A model generated the notes under the pieces. That model did no database searches and was not told the DNA's origin. It saw nothing but the letters and a program-made list of their open reading frames with translations. A program made the position numbers and the translations under genes. A DNA stretch of 55,471 nucleotides, from positions 1-55,471 of IMG/VR virus record IMGVR_UViG_3300045970_000148; one strand, written 5' to 3'. Numbering within the stretch: the first letter of the stretch is position 1; each line of letters begins with the position of its first letter. Below are positions 17,129 through 27,200 of the stretch, in pieces. The stretch is from a virus (taxonomy: Duplodnaviria; Caudoviricetes).

Positions 17129-17559
17129 AGTTCACCTTCCTCCCCGATTTCCAATACATCAATCCCAAGACCTGAGCCCGTATCAAATCTAATGGCAATC
17201 TCTACGGCCTCCTTGGCATTCTTGCCTGCGGCCATTGCACCAAGTGCATAATCCGCCCCGCTGCCAGCTGCCCAGTAGGGCATATCTATCAGATACGGCA
17301 TAAGCAGGTTTTCAAAACGTTGGCACAGTCCGGCAGATATAACCATTGCGGAAAAACCTTCATCAAGTTTCGGCCTTTTATCTGGATCTCTACCATTGCG
17401 ATACCATTCCAGAAACAACATGGATTCCTGAACACTGCCACAACATCCAACCAGGTCATTGCTATAGCGGAATATCTTCTTAAGCGGTATCGCGGTACCG
17501 CCGAGTGTTAGTTGCCTGTCAGCTGCCATCATCTGTCCATCCCATGCAACAGTGGTCAT
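17125..17559 (-). CDS. HslV/proteasome-beta-like Ntn peptidase
   Basis: M-TTVAWDG...AADRQ...GSGADYALGAM...AVEIA..FD. Confidence 0.75.
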   Translation of the reverse strand: MTTVAWDGQMMAADRQLTLGGTAIPLKKIFRYSNDLVGCCGSVQESMLFLEWYRNGRDPDKRPKLDEGFSAMVISAGLCQRFENLLMPYLIDMPYWAAGSGADYALGAMAAGKNAKEAVEIAIRFDTGSGLGIDVLEIGEEGEL

Positions 17560-17660
17560 GCAGCTACCCCCGGTTTTTTACACTGGCCACAATCAATGCA
17601 GTCCTGATTGTCACAAACATAGCTGTTAAGAAATACGCAGAACTTGCACGCCTTTGCCAT
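17556..17660 (-). CDS. 34-aa six-cysteine peptide
   Basis: MAKACKFCVFLNSYVCDNQDCIDCGQCKKPGVAA; AAGGTG SD; ATGA coupling. Confidence 0.5.
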   Translation of the reverse strand: MAKACKFCVFLNSYVCDNQDCIDCGQCKKPGVAA

Positions 17661-17664
17661 AACT

Positions 17665-18240
17665 TCACCTTACCCTTATGAATCCGACTACCGCGAATGC
17701 TGAACCAATGTCGAGCCTTCTGTTACGGTCAAATACTCCGCCACCCTCTCGCTGGTTGCCAGTATTTCCCGGTTGAGTGTTTCCCTCTCGTGATCTGAAA
17801 GAAGTACGTCCGGTCTGAGCAAGAGCAATACCAGCGTGCCCGCTGAAATTTGGGATTGTGTCACGGCCATGCCTCCAGATAATGCCGTCAGCAGGCATGA
17901 TTTTGTCTATCCCCATTGCCACGTCCTCAGCGTCGAACGTCCGGTACCGCAATCCATTCGACCGGCACGCTTTCCAGAGCAACGAACATCGGCCTATCCG
18001 TGGCAGGTTGTGGCCCTGCTCGTGATAGTTCCAGATATAGAACGCGGCACAGTATGGCTGTCCCATTGGCAAACCCAGATACTTAAGCCAAGTGTCAATC
18101 TCTGGCCCGCGATTGTCGTTGTGCAGCTCCCGGACATGCAGATACTTTGTGCTATTGGCAATTACGCGATCTTGCAATGGCGCTGCTTCCGACCATGTTG
18201 TTGACGCTAACAAAATAGTTATAAGTAGGAACCGTTTCAT
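17665..18240 (-). CDS. Endolysin, CHAP-type, with signal peptide
   Basis: QPYCAAF...GHAGI...EGNT; N-terminal MKRFLLITILLAS. Confidence 0.78.
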   Translation of the reverse strand: MKRFLLITILLASTTWSEAAPLQDRVIANSTKYLHVRELHNDNRGPEIDTWLKYLGLPMGQPYCAAFYIWNYHEQGHNLPRIGRCSLLWKACRSNGLRYRTFDAEDVAMGIDKIMPADGIIWRHGRDTIPNFSGHAGIALAQTGRTSFRSREGNTQPGNTGNQREGGGVFDRNRRLDIGSAFAVVGFIRVR

Positions 18241-18515
18241 TTGCCGATTACACCGGCCATTGCCAAGAGCAACGCCGAAACGAATATGGCAGCGGCCATG
18301 TTGTCTCGTTCAAATACCTCTTGGAGCACGTCATACTTCGTGCCACGTAGACAGTATACCGTGACAAAGAATGCAACCAGTAAAACCGCCAGCTGCATTA
18401 AGCGAAGCGTCACGATCTCGGCAGCGGCCAAAGCTCCGGCAGGCACCAAGAGAAACACCGCCAGAAGAGTGACAATAACGAGGCTTACAATCAGGGAAAA
18501 TTCTGCTGCTTTCAT
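18237..18515 (-). CDS. Holin-like three-TM protein
   Basis: Three hydrophobic helices directly before the endolysin. Confidence 0.6.
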   Translation of the reverse strand: MKAAEFSLIVSLVIVTLLAVFLLVPAGALAAAEIVTLRLMQLAVLLVAFFVTVYCLRGTKYDVLQEVFERDNMAAAIFVSALLLAMAGVIGK

Positions 18516-18528
18516 CTTAAGCTCCTTT

Positions 18529-18933
18529 CTACCCCTTCATTTCTTTCCATAGTTTCGCTATGGTTTGAAACACATTCAGCTTATCTACCAGCCAAAGAAT
18601 GAACAGCAGGCCACTAATTGCGTACGGCGTTATCTGGGTCTTTACCCCGTCCCAGAACTTTTGCCGTTCAGCTTCAACGGTTTCAACCCCACACTCTTTC
18701 GCGTGCAGCAGATCAATGCGCCGTATGGATTTGAACGCGGCTTGAATATCCCGTTCAGCTTCGCCCATTCGCTCGGTCAATGACTTGATCTGTGCGCCCT
18801 GCTCCGATATATCCGCGAGCACTTCATACGTTTTTGCGCCAAGCTGCTTTTGTTCAGCCAGTGTATCCGACACACTTTTCAGAATCATCTCAAGGGTAAC
18901 GAGTCTTTCCCCTTGCTGGCATAGTGTTGTCAT
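18529..18933 (-). CDS. Coiled-coil protein with C-terminal TM (lysis-associated)
   Basis: Composition and position. Confidence 0.55.
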   Translation of the reverse strand: MTTLCQQGERLVTLEMILKSVSDTLAEQKQLGAKTYEVLADISEQGAQIKSLTERMGEAERDIQAAFKSIRRIDLLHAKECGVETVEAERQKFWDGVKTQITPYAISGLLFILWLVDKLNVFQTIAKLWKEMKG

Positions 18934-18950
18934 AAGTGGACTCCATCAAG

Positions 18951-19145
18951 TTATTGAATTGCAGATCCTGCCAGTAATGCCTTTTCGCCTCTACCCCATG
19001 CCCGGCACTCTTCCACCCAGGCATTGTATTGCGTGGCCTCTTCCGAAGGTGCCGTGCGCAAGATCCCTAATTCATCATCCACGCTGTACCGGCTGCGGAT
19101 CATCTCCACCACTTTGCGGTTGATCGCTTCCCGGCTCATTTCCAA
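18951..19145 (-). CDS. Small tail-fibre-associated protein
   Basis: IRSRYSVDDE...VEECRAWGRGEKA resembles the C-terminus of 19423-19842. Confidence 0.6.
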   Translation of the reverse strand: MEMSREAINRKVVEMIRSRYSVDDELGILRTAPSEEATQYNAWVEECRAWGRGEKALLAGSAIQ

Positions 19146-19426
19146 ACCTCGCGGTACTTGTCGCAGTGGTTCTCTTCACCCATCAGGTGCAGGAATATCC
19201 AGTTGATAAACCGTTCCTGCCAACCATCTTTGCGGCCACTCCACGAGCTGATTGTTTCCCGGTCGCCTTGTCCCATTGCTGCATTGCCAAGACGGTCATA
19301 GGCAACGGCGATACTGACTGCCCGTGTGGTGTTGAACAGGATCGAGACACCCATCCAAAACCACACGGCACTGTTCAGCAATCCGATTGCCAGCCATGCC
19401 AGTATCAGAACAAGACGGACTCTCAT
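19136..19426 (-). CDS. Hypothetical membrane protein
   Basis: DRLGNA...GDRETISS...ENHC; coupled ORF. Confidence 0.6.
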   Translation of the reverse strand: MRVRLVLILAWLAIGLLNSAVWFWMGVSILFNTTRAVSIAVAYDRLGNAAMGQGDRETISSWSGRKDGWQERFINWIFLHLMGEENHCDKYREVWK

Positions 19427-19842
19427 AGCCCCAGAACTGCTTTCTCGTCACGGCCCCACTGCCTGACTTCCTCCACAAAGGCACCGAAAGCAAGCAGTGC
19501 ATCTTGCTCCCCCGGTTGGAAGGTATACGCCCCCAGAGCGACACCAACACCAATGCGGGAGAAATACGCCTCATCCTCAAGGCTATACTTTGCCCTGATA
19601 CGCTCCTGCATTCTGCTGGTGATAAGCGCAACGTGGACGCTTGCCGACTTGATCCGGTCGCGTAGCTCGTCGGTCAACGTTACTTCGGTAACAGTTAGCC
19701 GTGAATCATGCACCGGCAGCTCACCGGCCACACTGATAAATGTTGTGCCGTCAAGCGTACACAGTTCGGTAACGCCTTCACCCGAGACACGGTACTCCGT
19801 GAATTCGTCTGAATCCTTTTGGTACTGATAGATTTTTGCCAT
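19423..19842 (-). CDS. Tail-fibre-associated (chaperone-like) protein
   Basis: ELCTLDG...IRAKYSLEDE...VRQWGRDEKA; GGAGG SD. Confidence 0.6.
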   Translation of the reverse strand: MAKIYQYQKDSDEFTEYRVSGEGVTELCTLDGTTFISVAGELPVHDSRLTVTEVTLTDELRDRIKSASVHVALITSRMQERIRAKYSLEDEAYFSRIGVGVALGAYTFQPGEQDALLAFGAFVEEVRQWGRDEKAVLGL

Positions 19843-20797
19843 TGTGAATAGCCTCCTTGAGTATGGATATTAACCGTGGCAAGCTATCGGTACGGCAGGC
19901 GTGACCGAGGATAGATGCCATTGATAATTGATTGCCCTGCTTGCAGGAACGTTTGAACTTGAAAAGGGAATACTTGCGAATGAATCTGCGAGTGCGCCAG
20001 GTGCGATAGCCAACAAAGTTCAAGCCGCGCTTAACCTTCTGAATGCCGAACCGCGATAATGAGAGATGCAGATTGTCAGTGATAAACGCGATGATGGTTT
20101 TCAGATGCTTCACGCAATCAGGACGACTGATACCAATCAGGATAAAATCATCCACATAGCGCACGTACTTTTTGATCTTCAGGACCCGCTTGATAAAATG
20201 ATCGAGCGGATTGAGGTAGATCAGCGCGTACATCTGGCTTAACAGATTGCCGATAGGTATGCCGGTATCGGTATCCTTCTCGGTGTACATCATCATGATA
20301 TTGATTAACCGCTGGTCTTTGATCTTCTTTACCAACTGGCTCCGTAAAATGTCCCGGTCGATACTGGCAAAGAACTTTCGGATATCCAGTTGCAGGGTAT
20401 AGCTATCTCCGTCACTGGCTCGCAATGCCGCCTGAGTGTAGTCGCTGGCTTTGTGAGTACCCATACCGACACGGCAGGCGAACGATTGATCTATGAAGGT
20501 TCGGTTATATATTGGATAGATGAAACGATAGATAGCGTGTTGAACAACGATATCCCGAAAAGCAGGAGCATGAATAATACGCGGCTTAGGTTCTGTGACC
20601 TGAAACACCTGGTAGATACGTGGCCGATAGGAACCGCTGTGAATCTCCCGGTGTAGATCATCAAGGTTTGCGCCCAGATGTTTCTCAAACTCAAAGGTTG
20701 CTCTCTTGGAACGCTTGCCCTTGCGAGCATCCAGAAACGCTTGATAGAGATTCTCAGGGGTAAAGACCTTATCGAACAATCCGCCAGTTCGTTTCAT
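19778..20797 (-). CDS. DGR reverse transcriptase
   Basis: LDIRKFF, GIPIGNLLSQ, YVRYVDDF; start MKRTG at 20797; next to TR and avd. Confidence 0.95.
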   Translation of the reverse strand: MKRTGGLFDKVFTPENLYQAFLDARKGKRSKRATFEFEKHLGANLDDLHREIHSGSYRPRIYQVFQVTEPKPRIIHAPAFRDIVVQHAIYRFIYPIYNRTFIDQSFACRVGMGTHKASDYTQAALRASDGDSYTLQLDIRKFFASIDRDILRSQLVKKIKDQRLINIMMMYTEKDTDTGIPIGNLLSQMYALIYLNPLDHFIKRVLKIKKYVRYVDDFILIGISRPDCVKHLKTIIAFITDNLHLSLSRFGIQKVKRGLNFVGYRTWRTRRFIRKYSLFKFKRSCKQGNQLSMASILGHACRTDSLPRLISILKEAIHNGKNLSVPKGFRRIHGVPCLG

Positions 20798-20930
20798 TGT
20801 GCCACCCCTGACGTTCGGGCAATCCCTACCAGAAAGAAGTGGACTGGTGATTTCGCACGAACTGAGTGCCGGACAATAGCTCCCTGTTTTTCCACTACCC
20901 GCGAAACATAGCGGCATGAGGAAAGAGAGT

Positions 20931-21042
20931 CGGAACGGAAACCCACAGTGTTGCTCGCGCTCGTCCGATAGCTACCCAGGTACACGCTCCACACACCAGC
21001 ATACGTATTGTTGTTCCAGTTGTACGACGAGATCGGCACCAT
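20931..21042 (-). repeat. DGR template repeat (TR)
   Basis: A-rich 112-nt copy of VR1/VR2 between avd and RT; 3' end diverges (GACTCT vs GCCTGT), as expected for IMH* vs IMH. Confidence 0.92.
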
Positions 21043-21062
21043 ATTGAGTTATTGCCCGTTTC

Positions 21063-21464
21063 CTACCAACGGTTCTCCTCCTTCAATTTATTAATCCAGC
21101 CGCCAATCATTCGCCCAAGTTCATCATTCAATCTGGTTATCGCGCTAAAGCGGTGTGCTTCAAGTTCACCGGCTGATTTCTCCTGCTTCTTGCCATCCTT
21201 GAAGCGGAAGTAGCCGAGCTCATACGCCAGCAACAATTGCATTCTCAACCGTTCATGCGCGATATCCAGATTTGAAAGCGTGGTTTTCTTGTGATAGCGT
21301 TTCTGGCCTTCGCTTATCAGGTCGTATACTTCATACGCCGTATTTCTGATGCGCTGTTCCAGCGCAAACTTCTCAAACTTCGGGAAGTGATTCAGGTAGA
21401 GGTTCAGGAGCTTGCTAAACTCCATGAACTTTCTACACAAATTTGCCTCAGGGTCGATAACCAT
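21063..21464 (-). CDS. avd: DGR accessory variability determinant
   Basis: FPKFEKFAL...IR...LDI..E.LR...ELGRMIGGW helix-bundle signature; position. Confidence 0.9.
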   Translation of the reverse strand: MVIDPEANLCRKFMEFSKLLNLYLNHFPKFEKFALEQRIRNTAYEVYDLISEGQKRYHKKTTLSNLDIAHERLRMQLLLAYELGYFRFKDGKKQEKSAGELEAHRFSAITRLNDELGRMIGGWINKLKEENRW

Positions 21465-21481
21465 CGGTCGCTATCGCTCTC

Positions 21482-23452
21482 TTACGCAGGGTAACAGGCG
21501 GAACGGAAACCCACATTGTTGCCCGCGCCCGGCCGAGAGCCAGTCAGGGACACGCCCCACACACCAGTACCCGCAGCGTTGTTCCAGTGGAACGACGAGA
21601 TCGGCACCATGTCGTTTATGAAGTATTCATAGAAGTAGTCGTTTCCGAAAAGACTACTGCCTGCGGCAGAGACGCCGTTGCCGTCTTTTGGAAAGCCAAG
21701 CCCCGCGAGCTGCCAAGGATCGCCAGCGGTAGCTTCTGAAAGCACCTGATTAGCAGCGTTGCCGAAGTACATTCCACAACCGCCGTTTACCATTGGCACC
21801 GTGATAACATCGGAATGTGCAGCAACACCAGTTGCGCCCCATACATCAGTCGAGAGGGTATTGCCAGCCCCGAGAGACTTGGCGGCGGTAGCCTTCTTGT
21901 AAACATAGAACGTTCCGAGAGTGATCGTGCCGCCAGAGGTGTACGCCGTGTAGCCGGTAGAGTTGACACCGGATAGCTCAAAGGTGTTCGCCGTGACGTT
22001 GGCAACGGTATGGACACACGTATTTACCTGCGTCATACCAACAACTCCTGATATTACAATCTGCTGGCCGTTGACAAGTCCGTGAGCTGTAGCAGTAACA
22101 ACAGCGGGGTTAGCCTGAGAAATGCCGGTGATTGCCTTGGTGGAAGTGATGCAAGTCAGGCCGGGATTAATATCATACATCAGACCATTCAGATCAGCCA
22201 CGCCAGATGCTTGGCCGTTATGGGTAGTCTTGGCAAAAGTATTGCCGACTCCGCCGCCGTAACCTGCTGAACCGGTTTTGCCGCAATTGGAATACCCGTC
22301 TGTCTGGTAGGTAACAGCGGTATCGTTGACATCCTTAAGCGCGTTATTATTACAGCCCTTCGGAAAGTTTGTTGCGCCCGCTGAATACCAGGCGCAGTAA
22401 GTTGTAGCACTGGAAGCTTGACCATGTGCCAGAGCCAACAGAGCAAGACCGGCAGTAATAAAGCGGGTCGTACAGAAGAACATTGACGAAGCATTGACGG
22501 CACCGTTCACACCATCCCTTGCTTTGGCTGCGGTGATTGCCGAGTAATAAGCGTTTGTACCGGCAGTGCATGTACCTGCTGACGTGTAGGTCGTGAAAGC
22601 GGTCGAGTTGATATTAACCGTGACGTTATTCGCATCGACAACCGAAACAACCTGAGCAACAAGCCCGTTAAGTTCTGTCATGCCGACAACAGCACTGATT
22701 GCAAACCGTTGACCGACAACATAGGAATGCCCGGTAATGGTGATCTGGCAGTTTGCCGCCTTGGTAGCAGCAGTGATTGCTTTGGTAGCAGGGTGAGCAG
22801 TACGAACAGCGGTAAGGTTGGCAATGGTATTGTGGTCATACGCCGTGCTGATCGGATTACCGTTTGCGATTGACGAAGCAATCCGGCCTGTTCCCCAGAC
22901 GTTTTCAGAACACTTGTACTTGTCCACGAAACAGCCGGACTTTTCCACATCGCCATCAATGAACATGCGGTGAATAGCATAACCGGACGCATTCGCCAGA
23001 ACCGTAGACGAGAATGTCTCAAGACCACGCACGTCAACCGAGTTGACACCATGCACACCATAGGTAGGGTTTGATGCATGAGCCACGCGATACCAGAACT
23101 TCGGTATCCAGCACATAATTGAACCATCCTGATACATGTAGTTGCCATAATTGGCGTGAGCTGGATCAGTAGCACCGGGAAGCGCCACAAAACCGGCAGG
23201 CACAATAGGACAAATGCCGACACCGAAACCAGCCCCGCCAGGTGCGCCGATGCTGTTGACCTTGGCGGGAAGCACGAGGTTTGCGGAGGCTGCGACAACA
23301 TCAGCCTGCGCCTTTGCGTCGAGGACGCTTTGAGCGGCGGAAACTGCGGAACCGGAAGCAGCTGTAACCTTTGCATCCAGCGTTGCCTTTGAAACGTTTA
23401 CTGCGGTAGTCAGTGCCGTGGTGGACGCTACCAGATCATCAATAGTTGCCAT
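21482..23452 (-). CDS. DGR-diversified tail fibre / receptor-binding protein
   Basis: Ala-rich N-terminus, CLec-like body with two inserted repeats, C-terminal VR. Confidence 0.88.
   Translation of the reverse strand: MATIDDLVASTTALTTAVNVSKATLDAKVTAASGSAVSAAQSVLDAKAQADVVAASANLVLPAKVNSIGAPGGAGFGVGICPIVPAGFVALPGATDPAHANYGNYMYQDGSIMCWIPKFWYRVAHASNPTYGVHGVNSVDVRGLETFSSTVLANASGYAIHRMFIDGDVEKSGCFVDKYKCSENVWGTGRIASSIANGNPISTAYDHNTIANLTAVRTAHPATKAITAATKAANCQITITGHSYVVGQRFAISAVVGMTELNGLVAQVVSVVDANNVTVNINSTAFTTYTSAGTCTAGTNAYYSAITAAKARDGVNGAVNASSMFFCTTRFITAGLALLALAHGQASSATTYCAWYSAGATNFPKGCNNNALKDVNDTAVTYQTDGYSNCGKTGSAGYGGGVGNTFAKTTHNGQASGVADLNGLMYDINPGLTCITSTKAITGISQANPAVVTATAHGLVNGQQIVISGVVGMTQVNTCVHTVANVTANTFELSGVNSTGYTAYTSGGTITLGTFYVYKKATAAKSLGAGNTLSTDVWGATGVAAHSDVITVPMVNGGCGMYFGNAANQVLSEATAGDPWQLAGLGFPKDGNGVSAAGSSLFGNDYFYEYFINDMVPISSFHWNNAAGTGVWGVSLTGSRPGAGNNVGFRSACYPA
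21499..21610 (-). repeat. DGR variable repeat VR1
   Basis: 112 nt, 18 mismatches to TR, 13 at TR adenines. Confidence 0.92.
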
Positions 23453-23464
23453 TGTGATTCTCCT

Positions 23465-24208
23465 TTACGCGAAAGCGAAATGTTCGACCATCATGGTCTG
23501 GGTTAGGATGAGGTTGTTTGCAACGGTCATTATCTGGCCTGCGGCGGCGGCGGCGGCTGATTCCGCCCTTACTGCCTGACCGGTAGCGAGAACAACTTGA
23601 GCTGCGCCAGCTGATGTTGCTAGAGCGGCTTGTGCAACTGCAGCTACCCTTGATTGTTCAGCAGCTACCGCCGATATTACTGCGGCCCCTGCTTTGGATG
23701 TTGCAATGTCCGCCTGTGTCTCTGCATCCATAACAGAGTTGGCGGCTGCGGCTGCATAGCCTGCTGTTGCTATTTCGCTATTCGATGCAGTAGCGGCGGC
23801 GGCAACGGCTGTTGCTGCATCAGCATCAGCTGAATTTTTACTGGAAAGAGCGGCGGCGGCACTTGCTGCGGCATTTGCGGCGTTGATAAAAGTGTTGCGC
23901 AATACTTCCGGTGGCACCGTCTCCATGTAGGTAGACAGATTGGCGGCTGCATCGTCCGTGATTTGCAAAGGAACATCAGCGCATATTCTCCCCGAGCTGT
24001 CAGTTATCACCAGGCGAACGCGAGCTGTCCGGGCAATGGAGAAACTAAAATCACCATTTGCATCAATCGAAACCGTATCAGGAACGAGTGTAGCAATAGA
24101 ACCCTGAATCATTTGCGGGACTATTGACGGCTTGATGGTAGCGGTTCCGCCCTGTGCTATTGCCAGTCCAACGTTTGATGTATTGCCACTTAATGTTTGA
24201 TATAACAT
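23465..24208 (-). CDS. Tail fibre proximal/adaptor protein
   Basis: Beta-rich N-domain (DANGDFSF) plus long Ala-rich coil. Confidence 0.6.
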   Translation of the reverse strand: MLYQTLSGNTSNVGLAIAQGGTATIKPSIVPQMIQGSIATLVPDTVSIDANGDFSFSIARTARVRLVITDSSGRICADVPLQITDDAAANLSTYMETVPPEVLRNTFINAANAAASAAAALSSKNSADADAATAVAAAATASNSEIATAGYAAAAANSVMDAETQADIATSKAGAAVISAVAAEQSRVAAVAQAALATSAGAAQVVLATGQAVRAESAAAAAAGQIMTVANNLILTQTMMVEHFAFA

Positions 24209-24224
24209 GCGCGTTCCCCTTCGC

Positions 24225-24248
24225 ATCCGTCATAATTACGGCGGATAG
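24225..24248. promoter_or_regulatory. Palindromic motif, copy 3 (upstream of tail fibre/DGR/lysis unit)
   Basis: atccgtcataattacggcggatag with AT-rich upstream DNA. Confidence 0.7.
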
Positions 24249-24265
24249 TATAGATAAAATAATAA

Positions 24266-27200
24266 TTACTCAATCTGATTTCGTTCCCATGCCATTGTTT
24301 TCTTTTGTGGCTTAAAGGTACGTGATTTCTGAATACTTTCGGCCTTGATGATCGGCACCAGGCCGAAAGCCTGAGACTTGCGAAGCTCCGTATTGTATTT
24401 TACGACGCCACGCACAGCGGCTTTCATATCTTCCGAGTTCTTTGCTCTCCGGATTCCGGCAAGAGCATCATCCCGTTCCGACTTCCAGTAAGCGTTTAGA
24501 TCCCGCTCGTCGCTTTTCAGGTTGGTCCGGTCGCTGATTTCAAGAGGATTGAAACCGAGCATCTTCTTGGCAACATCGGTACCGCTGTATTTTACTTGAC
24601 GACCTGTCTCGTCAAAGACCGGTTTACCTCCCAGCGTTGTGGCTCCCTGATTGTACTGACGTGCAGCTCGCATAGGATTAGCCAAGAATTCAGGCACAAT
24701 ATTTTCTATCGCCCGGAGTCCATCCCCTTTTTGCAGGGCATTCAAAGCCATACCCGGCTTCTTGAGTAATCCGCCCCACGCTCCACCGATACGCTCCCCG
24801 AAGGTCTTTTCAGGATCAGAGATAAATGGAATGTTGACGGCAAGCGCACGGCTCATATCAACACCGACCACGGAGGTAACGCCATGATTGACGAAGTTCT
24901 GTATGATCTGTCCCGGCGTGCTGTTACCAGCTGCGTCCTTGACGAACTTTTTGAACTTCATTTTGTACGAAACCCCAAACCACTTCATGATCCAGTTATC
25001 CATATCGTCGGCACCGGGAAGGGCAAAGACCCCACCCAATGCGGCAATGGCTCCCAGACTCCGGGCAATGGTGGCGAACTCCCCATCTTTGGCACGGTTG
25101 AACATCCAGTGCATATAGTTGTGGACGTACCCCTGAAACAGATAGGCGGTCTTACCCAATGGCCCCAGTTTGCGGACCATCTCGGGCAGGTTCTCTTTGC
25201 CCATGACGTAGTGAGTATTATTCACAAACTCTTCGGCCTTTTTATATGCCGCTTCGTCAATCGTTCCCGCTGCGCTCTTTTTGAATATACGGTATGCGGC
25301 AAGTATGGCCGGTTCACGGTTAAGTTTTTGTTCAACCAACTGGAACGGTGTCATAGATTTTTCAACAAACCATTTCCATTTAGTGCCGAAACCCATTTCC
25401 TGAGTACCGGATATCTGTCGAATTGCCTGCGCTTGTGCCGTGCCCTCGCGAACCGCACGGAACAATACATCATATTCCTCCTTGGTAAGCGTCCCGACAC
25501 CGCCGCGTTTACGGTCTACGGAATCCTTCAATACGTCCTTCTGTGCAGTGGCAAGGGCGGCTATGGCAGAACCCTTGTGACCAGCTTTTTTCATTATCAG
25601 GGAAAGTTCTGCCTGGCCAACGGTATAGTTCTGGAAAGCGTTCAAGAGTGCCGATGATACTTTGAAACCAAGATAGTACACGGCACCGACGCTGCGGGCG
25701 GTTGCTGCCAGCTCATCCAGATAGGTGCTATTCTTCATAGCGTCCTGAACGTAATCATTTACCCAGACTTTATCGGATGGATTGGCCTTGCTGATATCCT
25801 TGGCCGCGCTGGTTGTCTCAATGGCAAAGCGCATCTTGGAGAGCCAGCCGGACATGCCGCTGATATACTCTTTTAATACTGTCTGATAATCAGCATCATC
25901 ATAGCCCTCAATCAATGTCGTCTCACGGCTGATACCGTGACGGCCAAACCCCTGAGCCATGATCTCCTTGGCAATTTCCTGAAATACTTCATGCTTAAGG
26001 GACTGCCACTGCTCAACTGACATTTTCCCGGTAACACCGGCACGATCAAAGGCTTGATTCAGCAAAGCCTCTACAGCAACTTCACTTCCCTTCCATGCCA
26101 ACAGCTCAGACGGCGTGGCGTTGTTGCGCTCGTATTCAACTTCATACTTGGTACCAGCTTCAAAGTTCCCCTTGAGGTGCTTCTTAAGATCGGCCTGAAC
26201 TTCTCTGACAAGCCCCTTGGCTCCTGTCTCGGTCAGAGTCGGTTTCATGTAGACCTTGACCCGCTCCCCTTCCTCGTTCGTGGTGTAGACAGAAACATGC
26301 CAGTCACCATCTTTACGGTTACGCGGTGCATAGCCTCTCAGATTGCCCCACTCGCTCTTGAGCTTGTCCAGTTCGCCACGGTAGCCAAGGATATCCCGGA
26401 AAGCAGAGAGCATATTCCCCTGGTGTTTCTTCTCGGTCTGGTCAACCTGTTTCCAGAAGTCACGATAGGCGGCGATAACAGCAGGGCTCGCCTTGATCTT
26501 GGCGGGGTTCTCGCCGCTGGCAAGTTCATCATCAGTGAGGTTACGCTTAAGACTGCGAATCAGCCGGTGAACTTCACTTGCCTCTTTCGCATCAAGGTGT
26601 GCTGCTCGCTCCATGTTCTTATTCAGGAGTTCGACCAGATCAGCGAACCACTCTTGATCCTTGTATGGAAGCATTGACAGTTCATCGAGCTGCTGGAAGC
26701 GTACCCGATTGGCGGCATTCATAACTTCATGAAAGGCCCGATATGCTTCAACAACAGTTTTACCGACTTTGCCGAACTTGGTTTTTCCCCGGTACAGCTC
26801 GTCTCTGGTGAAGTAGGTGGCAACTCCGTTTTCGTCACCATGCTTTATCAAGTCGTTAAACTGTTTTAATTCTTCTTTGCTGGCTTTCTTAAGAATGTTA
26901 TCCAGCCCTTCAACTCCGGTATAGCCTTCCGATGCCTGAAATAGATCAGAGATAATGCCGTTGCGGTTCTGGCTACGCTCAAGATTGAGATTAACAACAT
27001 GGCGGCGTATCGGTTTGCCCTCACTACCGAACCACGGATTAGAGAGGATCTTGCCGATATTGGCTTTCAGGCGCTCAGGAATACTCTGGCCTGCCAGTTC
27101 AATCAGGCTCTTGACCATATCAGTTACTTTGGCAGGGGCGTTTATCTTGGCGGCGTGTTGTGAGATAGCCTGATCTTGTAAAGAAAACTTGGCGGTGATT

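Noticed and set aside
19778-20797. Group II intron or retron RT
   Set aside because: avd, TR and adenine-mutated VRs identify a DGR.
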